Virus record (IMG/VR): IMGVR_UViG_3300021560_000051 | Location: 1 to 31,663 of that record | Strand: one strand, 5' to 3' | Source: a virus | Taxonomy: Duplodnaviria > Caudoviricetes | Length of the DNA stretch: 31,663 nucleotides | Shown: in pieces, positions 1 to 8,298 of the stretch | Numbering within the stretch: the first letter of the stretch is position 1 | Layout: each line of letters opens with the position of its first letter | Translations under genes and position numbers: made by a program | The notes under the pieces: generated by a model | Told to the model about the DNA's origin: nothing | What the model saw: the letters and a program-made list of their open reading frames with translations, nothing else | Database searches by the model: none

Positions 1-1164
1 ATCGATATGATGAACCGCGCAGCGGTAGCCCACGCTGCGTATAAGTCGGAGATGAAAAAATCCGGCGGGGATGTGAACAAGGCGATCGACTACGCGATCG
101 AAGAGAGCCGGTGGGCACAGCCCAACTGGAACAATAAGGCGCGCATCGCGACGGAACAGGGCACGCTCGGGCGCCTCGGTCCGACGATCATGCAGTTCCG
201 CAACTACGGGCTGCACCAACTTTCCATGCTCGGCTCGCTGGCCCATGAGTCGGTTAAGGGAGCGACGCCGGAGGATCGCAGGCAGGCGCGCATCGCGCTC
301 GGACTCTCCCTCGCGACGCGGGTATTTTCGGCGGGCCTGCGCGGCGCCGTGCCGCTGGAGCTTGCGCAGATAGCCTACGGGACTTACCAGTTTTTCTTCG
401 GCGGCTACACCGACCCGCGCACGGGCGAGCGTAAGCCCCATGATTTTATACCCGATGTGCGCAACTTCGTCGCTCGCCAGTTCGGCAACGAAGCCGCCGA
501 CGTGCTCCTCAACGGCCTGCCGCACGCCGCCGGGTTCGACATCCGCCGGCGCACCGGCATGAGCAATATGCTGGAGCTTCCGGAGATACAAAGTTTCAGC
601 GTGCCTGACTTTGCGGCGGCCGTCGGCACGGCGGCCCTCGGTGCGTCGGGTGAAAATGCTGTGATCATTGCCAACGCGATGCGGCAGCTATTCCACGGTA
701 ACATCGAACAGGGATTGATGGGGTTGGTGCCGGTTCGCCCCGCTCGCGACCTGTGGAAGGCGTACAATCTGTATAATCGGGGGATTGTATCCGGAGTCAC
801 TGGCAAAACCGAGTTGCCGCCCGACCGGATTACGGGCCTCGATGCGACCTATCAGGCGCTCGGCTTCCAGCCGTCGCGCGTCACCGAGTTCCGCGAGGGG
901 CGAGCAGCGGTGGTGCAGGCGCGCGCGGAAATGGAAGCGCAGAAGCATGAAATTATTCAGGGTATCCTCGGCAACGACGCGAATGCGCGGGAAAAAATGA
1001 CCGAGTTCAACAGCGAGTACCCGGGCGAACGCATCAGAATGCAGGACATCCTGCGGGCGCGGCAGGCAGCACGGCAGGCCGCCAGGACGGGAGCTTACGG
1101 TCTGCAATTGCCGAAACGCGGGGCCGGCGCATTAAAAAGCGCCGGGGCGTTCGCTAATTACTAA
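1..1164 (+). CDS. C-terminal part of a large phage virion/internal (ejection-type) protein; 5'-truncated by the window
   Basis: The frame is open from base 1 to TAA at 1162-1164. The helical Ala/Gly-rich sequence with hydrophobic stretches resembles the C-termini of large podoviral internal virion proteins. It lies on the same strand as the portal. Product is inferred. Confidence 0.5.
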   Translation: MDMMNRAAVAHAAYKSEMKKSGGDVNKAIDYAIEESRWAQPNWNNKARIATEQGTLGRLGPTIMQFRNYGLHQLSMLGSLAHESVKGATPEDRRQARIALGLSLATRVFSAGLRGAVPLELAQIAYGTYQFFFGGYTDPRTGERKPHDFIPDVRNFVARQFGNEAADVLLNGLPHAAGFDIRRRTGMSNMLELPEIQSFSVPDFAAAVGTAALGASGENAVIIANAMRQLFHGNIEQGLMGLVPVRPARDLWKAYNLYNRGIVSGVTGKTELPPDRITGLDATYQALGFQPSRVTEFREGRAAVVQARAEMEAQKHEIIQGILGNDANAREKMTEFNSEYPGERIRMQDILRARQAARQAARTGAYGLQLPKRGAGALKSAGAFANY

Positions 1165-2035
1165 CACTCACGAGACGCGGTACTCTCACCTTTATCGGTT
1201 CACTCGCCTTATCTGGTACACTCCAAGGGCACGGTTCACTCCATGATTTCGGTGCTTCCTGTGTGGACGGTTCACGCTTACAAAACGGCGCTCACGTTTC
1301 GTACGGTTCACTCACCTTATTCGGTACACTCCGATAGCATGGTTCACTCCTAGACCCCGGTGCTTTCTAATCAATCGGTTCACACGAATTGAACGGTGCT
1401 CTCCGCTGGTTCGATTCACGTGCCATTCCCGGTACTTTCTGTTCAGACGGTTCGTTCGAGTATGCGGTGCATGTCCCTAGCTACGACTCACGCCCATGAT
1501 TCGGTACTTTCGTGGGTTGCGGTTCGCTCGGCCCTTACGGTACATTCTACGGATTTGGCTCGATCAGTTATTTCGGTACGCTCACATGCCCCGTCTCACT
1601 CCACTTTCGCGATACTCTCCTGGGGAGTCGGTTCACTTCCGCCTCACGGTGCTCTCTATGCCAATGGTTCATTCCTACCTGCTCGGCGCTCTCTCAGACA
1701 ACGATTCACTTACGCAGCGCGGTACTCTCCACGTTAACGGCTCGCTCGATTATGCGGTACACACCCTAGCTACGACTCACGCCGAAGATTCGGTACTCTC
1801 GTGCACAGCGGTTCACTCGGCCCTTACGGTACATTCTACGGATTTGGCTCGATCAGTTACTTCGGTACGCTCACATGCCCCGTCTCATTCACGCGCCTGG
1901 GTGCCCTCGGTTACTTCGATTCACTCGGTTCGCTCGGTACTCTCGCTTACTGCGGTTCATTCGGCCCTTACGGTACATTCTACGGATTTGGCTCGTTCAC
2001 GCAGTGCCGGTGCTCACCTTCATTTCGGCTGCACC
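1165..2035 (-). ncRNA. TIGR-like dual-repeat array (downstream of tas), about 24 units of 36 nt
   Basis: On the + strand, repeats CGGTRCWCTC (1178, 1214, 1250 ... 1971, 2008) alternate every 18 nt with CGGTTCACT-like repeats (1196, 1232 ... 1953, 1989), separated by 8-9 nt variable spacers, with a few 1-nt phase slips. Strand is inferred from the co-oriented tas gene. Confidence 0.85.
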
Positions 2036-2983
2036 CCAGTTCGGCGGTGCCAAATAGTGTGTGTGGCCACCATGCTCGATGATATACGGCTTTGGCGGCG
2101 CAAAACCATAGCGGTCCCAGAAAGCGACGTGATGATAATGGGACAGAAACAGTTTCGTCGCATAGCGATGCGACCGCAAGTGGATGCGCGCTGGCGGCAA
2201 CCGCCCCGTTTCGTAGTGTTTCTTCGCCTCGGTGTCGTCGCCGAACTTCTTCGCCGCTAAGGCCGCCGCTGCCTGCGCTGCGTACTTACCCGCCTGATTG
2301 TTGGCCTCCTCCAATACCTTACGTTCCTTATAAACTTTACCGTAATGATCGTTTGGGTTATTGGACACCTTCACGAACGATTCGCCGATCAGAAAACACA
2401 GGCGCTTCAGGTCGGCGTTCCAAGGCCGCTTCGTATTCTTTGCCCACACGGATGTCGGATCGAGGCCGGCATAGCGCCAGATATGCCCCACCGTCGGGCA
2501 GGAGACGGTCGGGGTGAAGGCATGTGCCGGCAACTTGCGCAGCTTATTAGCCTGTGCCCGCTCGCATCCGGTCGGATTGAGCGCGTGGCATACTGCGCAC
2601 CAATCCCCGAAGTGGATATGGGCCAGCAACCCCGCGCTGATGATCGGGCCGATGCCTGTTATGGACCGCGCCCAAACTCCGACGGGTTGCGCAGCCGAGT
2701 AAGCATCCAACGCGCGGGCCACCTGCCGTTCCAGCGTGAACCGCTGCTTGCCCAGCCATTCCACGATCTCGTTCGGCTTATGGCTCTCGCTCAGCTTGTG
2801 CACCCTATGGTCGTTGCGAATGCGATCCTCCTGCATCGCGTAGTATGCCGCGACGAGGAAGCGCGCTTCCTCGGTCGTCAGCGTCACGGCAGCGTTGCGC
2901 ATGTCACGCGACATGCGCTCGATGCTTTCTTTGTATTCCGGCGACCACGTGGTCGGGTCGTTAGGATCAATATAAGTATTCAT
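1997..2983 (-). CDS. tasA: TIGR-associated Nop-domain protein (TasA-like, no nuclease domain); IS110/Nop-related RNA-binding fold
   Basis: A coiled-coil region is followed by ITGIGPIISAGLLAHI and GHIWRYAGLDP, motifs typical of the IS110 C-terminal/Nop domain. No N-terminal DEDD RuvC domain or HNH motif is visible. The gene is flanked by 36-nt dual-repeat arrays. Confidence 0.8.
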   Translation of the reverse strand: MNTYIDPNDPTTWSPEYKESIERMSRDMRNAAVTLTTEEARFLVAAYYAMQEDRIRNDHRVHKLSESHKPNEIVEWLGKQRFTLERQVARALDAYSAAQPVGVWARSITGIGPIISAGLLAHIHFGDWCAVCHALNPTGCERAQANKLRKLPAHAFTPTVSCPTVGHIWRYAGLDPTSVWAKNTKRPWNADLKRLCFLIGESFVKVSNNPNDHYGKVYKERKVLEEANNQAGKYAAQAAAALAAKKFGDDTEAKKHYETGRLPPARIHLRSHRYATKLFLSHYHHVAFWDRYGFAPPKPYIIEHGGHTHYLAPPNWGAAEMKVSTGTA

Positions 2984-2988
2984 TGCGG

Positions 2989-3538
2989 TGGTACTCTCCC
3001 ATAACTCGGTTCACTTCATTACTTCGGTACACTCAGCCACGACGGTTCACTTCACTACTTCGGTACACTCATCCACGACGGTTCACTTCGCTATCTCGGT
3101 ACACTCAGCCAAGACGGTTCACTTCACTACGTCGGTACGCTCAGCCGCGACGGTTCACTCCATTGAGGCGGTACTCTCGGCTAAATCGGTTCACTCTATT
3201 ATTTCGGTACACTCCACCATATCGATTCACACGGCCAGAACGGTACTCTCATCCACTCAGGTTCACTCGCACGCGACGGTACACTTACGCCTGATGGTTC
3301 ACTCCGTTGTTGCGGTACTCTCGTTCAATCCGGTTCACTCCATTGTCATGGTACTCTCCTCTGAATCGGTTCACTCCAGGGCGACGGTACTCTCGTCTAA
3401 GTCGGTTCACTCCCGTATATCGGTGCACTCGGCCATATTGATTCACGCAGCATTCGCGGTACACTCATGCGCTACGGTTCGCTCTTACGGGACGGTACAC
3501 TCACAGATATCGACTCACTCACCCTGCTCGGCGCTCGC
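2989..3538 (-). ncRNA. TIGR-like dual-repeat array (upstream of tas), about 15 units of 36 nt
   Basis: The phase is a perfect 36 nt: CGGTACWCTC-type repeats at 2989, 3025, 3061 ... 3493, 3529 (16 copies) alternate with CGGTTCACT-type repeats at 3007, 3043 ... 3511 (15 copies), with variable 8-9 nt spacers. The minus strand reads GAGWGTACCG / AGTGAACCG. Confidence 0.9.
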
Positions 3539-3733
3539 TCCCACTCGGGTTTGCGTCCGTCGCTTACAGATATAGGCGCATTCCAGCACCTCCTCGGCTG
3601 CCTCCATCATCTTGCGTGCATCTTCGTCTTTAATGATCGGCAACTCGATGAGCGCCATGCAGATTGCGTTTATTGCCGCCGAGGCTGCCAGGATCAGATC
3701 GAGTTCGTGATCATCCAGCACGGTTTTCACCAC
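3515..3733 (-). CDS. hypothetical protein (72 aa); 3' end overlaps the first array repeats
   Basis: ORF track; helical, protein-like composition; overlaps the upstream ORF in the operon. Confidence 0.5.
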   Translation of the reverse strand: MVKTVLDDHELDLILAASAAINAICMALIELPIIKDEDARKMMEAAEEVLECAYICKRRTQTRVGASAEQGE

Positions 3734-3893
3734 TATCTAACAACGACGAAACAGTTTCTTCGTATGCCTGTTGTTCCGCCTTGGTCGGGAAAGGCACGAC
3801 GCGCCTAGGTGCGCCGGTCTCGCGGTCGAAAATCATCTTCGCCACCTTATCGGTAACGCGCTCCCAAAAATTCTCCGGTACTGCGGATAGCAT
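3711..3893 (-). CDS. hypothetical protein (60 aa)
   Basis: A strong SD (AGGAGGAG) lies just upstream, directly after the primase-helicase stop. Confidence 0.6.
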   Translation of the reverse strand: MLSAVPENFWERVTDKVAKMIFDRETGAPRRVVPFPTKAEQQAYEETVSSLLDSGENRAG

Positions 3894-3904
3894 AGTCTCC
3901 TCCT

Positions 3905-6850
3905 CTACACTTTGGGTTTGTTGCCCGGCTGCGACTTTCCCGACGGTCGGGAAAGTACCGGCTGAGTATCTTCTTCCGCTGCATCAATACCATCATCGAG
4001 ATAGCCTGCCAACGCACCCGCGAGCGGCACGTTGAGGACCGTGACGTAGCCGACGAAACAGGGCGTGCCGCCGCCGAAGCTGCGCCGTGCCGTCGTTGCG
4101 CCGAGTGTCCGCTTCATATGCTCGACCACCTCGATGCCGCCCAGGTTGTGCTTACGGCACCAATCGAGGAACTCCTTGTGATGGATCGAGCACATCGCTT
4201 CCTCGCGGGCGACATGCACCAGCAGCCGCTGATCATGACCATGCGGCGACTGGAAAACTTTGAACCCTTTGTCGTAGATACCCGACTGGCGGAAGCGGTT
4301 CGTCACCATCCGCTGCTGCTGGGTCGCGACCATGAACGTATCGAACACGGCTTCCAGGTTCATGCTGGCGCCGTTGACCTTCTGCGTGATCGGCGCCAAC
4401 TCGCTGTATTTGCGACGCAATTCCAGCCACGCTTCCTTCAGGTAAGCCCACAACGCCTTCACGTCGAAATCCACTAGCCCGCACCGCTTCGCCACCATCG
4501 CGCCGGTGACGATGGTGGAGGTGCCGGCGACGTAGAACCGCTCGGCGGCGACCGCCTGCATCTCACCGGCAATATTGTCGGCAACGCGGGCACGCAGCGC
4601 CCGTACCCAATCCAGGTTCTTCATGACGAACTCGGTGAACACCGCTCCGGCGGTGCCGTAAGACAGGTTGGCGGTATCGACGATCAAGTTTTGCATATGC
4701 ACGTTGAGGATTTTATCCGGAGCCCGGCGCACCTCGATCTCGAACAGCCGTGCTGCACCCGCATCGGTGAAGTTTTTATGCGCTGCCACGTGATCCAATA
4801 AGGGTGCGTTAGACAGGATCACCGCGAGGCTCGACCACCGCTCGCTCGGACGCAGCGTCGTGTCGGCGTTCATGCGTGCGCGCCCCGACCCCTGCGACAT
4901 GTCATAGAGCGCACCTACCGTATGCTTCGCGTTCTCCTCGTCGAACTGCATCTCGTCGAGGTACTGCGGCAGCGCCTGCGTCGCCGCGAGTTTGGCACTG
5001 CGTGCGTTCTCGGTGTCGCGGCGGTAGCAGATACCGTTGATCGACCCCCACACCGTCTGTCCGACATGCATCGCGGTCGTTTTACCGACACCCGATTGTT
5101 GTGACCAGAACGACAAAGTAAGACCGCCATAGCCGGTGAAGTGAACCAATGGCGCGCCGAACGAACAGGCGATGATCGCCTGCGCGTCGATGCGGTCCTT
5201 CGTCGCCAGCGCCGCTGCTTTCTGCCAGTCAGTCACGACGCCGCGCGGGCGGTACCATTCCGCGAACTCAGGGTCGTGCGGTGCGACGAAATCGTTCTTG
5301 TCGCTCGGACGGTAGACACGGCCCCCGACTGCGAAGGCGGTTATTTTGCCCTGACTATCCTCGATCCAGCCGAACGGCTTCACCTTCTCGCTGGAAATTA
5401 GATTGGCGTTGCGCAATTGCGCAATCCACGAATTGACCATGGTACTCATCTCCTTCCCCTGCGCCGGATCGACCTGCACACTCATACTGGTCCAGTAGGT
5501 CGCCGCCGCGTTCGGCTCATACTTCAAATCGCATTGCAGAACACGGGGTTGATGGACGCTGTTGAACTCATACAGGAACCGTATTTCGTATCCACGTGTA
5601 GTTTGATAAAGCACCGGTTGCTGCACATTGCCTTTCAGGATCGTGTTCCACTGCGGACCGATGGCACGTTGGATCGTACCTTCTTTGCGGCGGTAGCCCG
5701 GCGGGAGATCGCCGTCGGAATGCGCTTGCAGGGGTGTCGTTATTTTCTGCCACAGCGGGCACTGATTACAGACGCCGGGGCGCAGACTGTTCCACGTGGA
5801 ACAGGTGGTAGGGCCGAACCCCTTATCGCCGCGCTCCCCCTTCGCTTTCTGATAGACTGAATCGGTTTCCTCCGGCGTGTATTGCGGGAAGCCGTCGCTC
5901 AGCGGATGCACCCAATCATCGCCATCTTCGAGGAAGATGCAGGTATTGATCGTGCCGAACTGCCATAGATTGCGACCGTCGTCTTTGCCGTGCGTGTCGC
6001 GGGTGCGTCGTAATTGTTCGCAATGATCGACAAGGTCGTTAAATGCCGCCGGTGGAAACTTTTGTTCGTCAAGATTAGCTTGACCGGCCGCAGAAAGCTT
6101 AGACTTTCCAAAGGGCATCGTGCTAACGGCGCCGTTTTTCTTTCCCTGGAAAGACTTCTTATTCCCTAGATACGGTCTTAACTTGTCCAGTATACCTTGG
6201 TTTGGATAGTCATTCGGGTCGCTCTTGATGAGGCGAACCTCTTTGACTTTCGTAGCATCCTTGAAGTTGTAGGTACCCGGCGGGCGTAGGATACGCGAGC
6301 GGTCGGCGGATATGCTGATGTCGCCCACCGCCCCCGTCGCCGTCATCGCCGCCTTCAACGCCTCGGCATAGGGTTGCCAGTCATCGGCCTCCATCGTTTC
6401 CTGCATGACCCAATAGACGTGCATGCCCCAGCCCGACTGTACCCACACGTTCGGGTTGGGCATGCCCGTCGCCTTACGAAACGCGATGACCCACGCCACC
6501 GCCGCGTTCAGGTCGGCATAGACCGACGCCGGGTTCTTACCGTCGCCGGGCCTGCTGATGTCGAGGTCGGCCCAAAAACATTTCAGTCCCTGCGCGTTAT
6601 CGTGCGTGCGGCGGATGGAAAACTTATCCACATGCAGCGTATCGGTGCCGGTCGCCTGTGCCAGCTTGAAGGATGCCATCGCATAGTAGGCATCCCATCC
6701 CTGGTTCGCGCACCACTGAGCGAGACCGGCGGCGGCTTTGAAGTCCGCGCGCCGGTAGCCCCGGTGGAACACACCCTTCTCGTTCTTCCAGCAGGCGATG
6801 ATGTAGTTGCCGTCAGCTACGAGTCGATCGAGAAAACCCCTCGTATCCAT
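3905..6850 (-). CDS. phage DNA primase-helicase (N-terminal primase-like domain, Cys-rich linker, DUF927-like region and P-loop helicase)
   Basis: N-terminal WADLD...SGWGMHVYW...RILRPPGTYNFK (AEP/RepB-like primase motifs); C..C..C..C cluster; Walker A SQQSGVGKTT; Walker B QYLDE; SGRARM arginine motif. Confidence 0.85.
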   Translation of the reverse strand: MDTRGFLDRLVADGNYIIACWKNEKGVFHRGYRRADFKAAAGLAQWCANQGWDAYYAMASFKLAQATGTDTLHVDKFSIRRTHDNAQGLKCFWADLDISRPGDGKNPASVYADLNAAVAWVIAFRKATGMPNPNVWVQSGWGMHVYWVMQETMEADDWQPYAEALKAAMTATGAVGDISISADRSRILRPPGTYNFKDATKVKEVRLIKSDPNDYPNQGILDKLRPYLGNKKSFQGKKNGAVSTMPFGKSKLSAAGQANLDEQKFPPAAFNDLVDHCEQLRRTRDTHGKDDGRNLWQFGTINTCIFLEDGDDWVHPLSDGFPQYTPEETDSVYQKAKGERGDKGFGPTTCSTWNSLRPGVCNQCPLWQKITTPLQAHSDGDLPPGYRRKEGTIQRAIGPQWNTILKGNVQQPVLYQTTRGYEIRFLYEFNSVHQPRVLQCDLKYEPNAAATYWTSMSVQVDPAQGKEMSTMVNSWIAQLRNANLISSEKVKPFGWIEDSQGKITAFAVGGRVYRPSDKNDFVAPHDPEFAEWYRPRGVVTDWQKAAALATKDRIDAQAIIACSFGAPLVHFTGYGGLTLSFWSQQSGVGKTTAMHVGQTVWGSINGICYRRDTENARSAKLAATQALPQYLDEMQFDEENAKHTVGALYDMSQGSGRARMNADTTLRPSERWSSLAVILSNAPLLDHVAAHKNFTDAGAARLFEIEVRRAPDKILNVHMQNLIVDTANLSYGTAGAVFTEFVMKNLDWVRALRARVADNIAGEMQAVAAERFYVAGTSTIVTGAMVAKRCGLVDFDVKALWAYLKEAWLELRRKYSELAPITQKVNGASMNLEAVFDTFMVATQQQRMVTNRFRQSGIYDKGFKVFQSPHGHDQRLLVHVAREEAMCSIHHKEFLDWCRKHNLGGIEVVEHMKRTLGATTARRSFGGGTPCFVGYVTVLNVPLAGALAGYLDDGIDAAEEDTQPVLSRPSGKSQPGNKPKV

Positions 6851-6863
6851 TGGCGTCCCCTCA

Positions 6864-7799
6864 TTAGGACGCCATGTCTTCGTCGGCCAGCAACCCGTCG
6901 ATCACCGCCGCCACGTCGGCAGGCGTTTCTTCCAGCGGGGCGGGTGCCGCCGCCTTCTTCGCCGCCGGTGCCGCGAACGCTGATGCCGTCTTGCGCTTCG
7001 GCATATCGACGACTACCGGCTCGGCCTTCGCTTCCGGCTCGGCCGCCGGTGCAGGCGCGGCGTCTTCCTCGGTGCCGCCGGTGCCTTCCTGGAACATGCG
7101 AGCGATCTGCTCGGAGTGCATCACCTCATTGACGACCTTGGTGCTATCCTCCGCGTCCAATACGCCCACCGCCTCGAACGTGATGCGCGGGAAGGACACG
7201 GCTTTGTCGAATCCGATGCGGGTGACGACGGCTTCCAGCGGCATGCCCAGCTTTTCCATTTGCGCACAATAAGCGCCGAAAGTGTTGATCGTCATCGGCG
7301 GCAGACTCAGCAGCATCGGACCGCCGAATACCTCGTTGTCGAGATCGCGGAATGGCACGATGGCGATGCGGCGATTATCCTGACACTCCTTCGCGCGCTT
7401 GCCCGACTCGGTGACGCGCGCGCCCCACTGATTGCGCACGCAGGTTACGCAGTTGGCTGATTGCTTCTGTGCCGAAGTCGGATCGGGCACGCTACCGTCG
7501 GCGGACCAGCAATCCGGTGCCCCCGACGAACCTTCCTCGTAACGGCGCGCGTACCAACGCTTACTGATATTGGAGGACACGCCGACGATCACCGCCTCCA
7601 TGTAGGGTACCGGCGTACCGCTCACTTCGATCAACTCGGTTTTGCCCCGGAAGCGCACGCTCCACGCGCGACCCTTGTAGCCGACCACGGCGAAGCCGCC
7701 GCTCGGTAAGTTGGCAAGCCCCGCTTTTGCCAGCGGCGAAACGTAGCCGCTGAAGATTTCCGCCAATTGACCCGGCTTGAAGGGAACCATCTGCTTCAT
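6864..7799 (-). CDS. conserved phage replication protein, putative ssDNA-binding protein with four-Cys motif
   Basis: Lies between helicase and primase. Contains PDCWS...CVTC..NQWG...KEC cysteines, a beta-rich core and a flexible Ala/Pro/acidic C-terminal tail typical of SSBs. Function is inferred. Confidence 0.5.
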   Translation of the reverse strand: MKQMVPFKPGQLAEIFSGYVSPLAKAGLANLPSGGFAVVGYKGRAWSVRFRGKTELIEVSGTPVPYMEAVIVGVSSNISKRWYARRYEEGSSGAPDCWSADGSVPDPTSAQKQSANCVTCVRNQWGARVTESGKRAKECQDNRRIAIVPFRDLDNEVFGGPMLLSLPPMTINTFGAYCAQMEKLGMPLEAVVTRIGFDKAVSFPRITFEAVGVLDAEDSTKVVNEVMHSEQIARMFQEGTGGTEEDAAPAPAAEPEAKAEPVVVDMPKRKTASAFAAPAAKKAAAPAPLEETPADVAAVIDGLLADEDMAS

Positions 7800-7829
7800 T
7801 GCATTATCTCCTGTTCTCGTAGTTAAGCA

Positions 7830-8276
7830 TCAATCCCGGCGCACGTTCAAGGCCACCTCGGTCGAAATCGTCACCCCCGGTATCGAGGTGCCGGTCTCCT
7901 TCACGATTTCCAGCGCCGCCGTCTTCGACACGCGGGCTTCTAACAGTTCCCACGCCTCCTTCGCGCGAATGTAGTCGAGCGTGAGTGACCAACGTTCAAC
8001 TTTGGCGCTTGTGCGTGTCGTTTTATACGCCGTGCCTGCCTTGGTTTTTATCGAGTCACCACCTATTTCGTTGAGCGTTTCTAACAGCGCCGCTTCCAAC
8101 CTTTCCTGCAACGCGAGGAAAGGCTGGATCGATTCGCTATAGTCTTTCTTCATCGCCGCTAACCGATCGCGGGCTTTTATCGTCCGCGCGACTAGCCCCT
8201 CGGCGTCGTACGTCTTACGCAGTTGCCCAACCGTCGGGAGTCCGTCACCCGGCGGCTTCGCTATTGCTTCGCTCAT
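7830..8276 (-). CDS. conserved phage protein (coiled-coil plus IKTKAGTAY motif)
   Basis: Start reassigned to MSEAIAK (AAAGGAAC upstream). The coiled coil followed by a beta motif is common in phage replication modules. Confidence 0.55.
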   Translation of the reverse strand: MSEAIAKPPGDGLPTVGQLRKTYDAEGLVARTIKARDRLAAMKKDYSESIQPFLALQERLEAALLETLNEIGGDSIKTKAGTAYKTTRTSAKVERWSLTLDYIRAKEAWELLEARVSKTAALEIVKETGTSIPGVTISTEVALNVRRD

Positions 8277-8298
8277 CGATTTCGTTCCTTTTGTTTTG

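Noticed and set aside
1461-1887. Diversity-generating retroelement TR/VR pair
   Set aside because: There is no reverse transcriptase in the window, and differences between the duplicated blocks are not adenine-specific.
1997-2983. IS110 transposase / insertion sequence
   Set aside because: It lacks the N-terminal DEDD RuvC-like domain and the conserved SG serine motif after AGLxP. The flanks are periodic arrays, not IS ends.
1165-3538. CRISPR array
   Set aside because: Repeats are about 9-10 nt and of two alternating kinds, and spacers are only 8-9 nt. There are no cas genes; the Cas4-like gene is a typical phage replication exonuclease 7 kb away.
2989-3538. Array guides targeting the 17-bp palindrome or other sites in this window
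   Set aside because: No spacer equals TTCCCGAC or GTCGGGAA, and spot checks of several spacer pairs gave only single-spacer chance matches. The check was not exhaustive; a computational search is needed.
1396-3575. Plus-strand ORFs with 12-aa periodicity (1396-1737, 1496-2260, 2983-3294, 2988-3575)
   Set aside because: These are by-products of a stop-poor 36-nt repeat. Several frames are open at once, 1-nt slips break the frame, and they run antisense to the operon.
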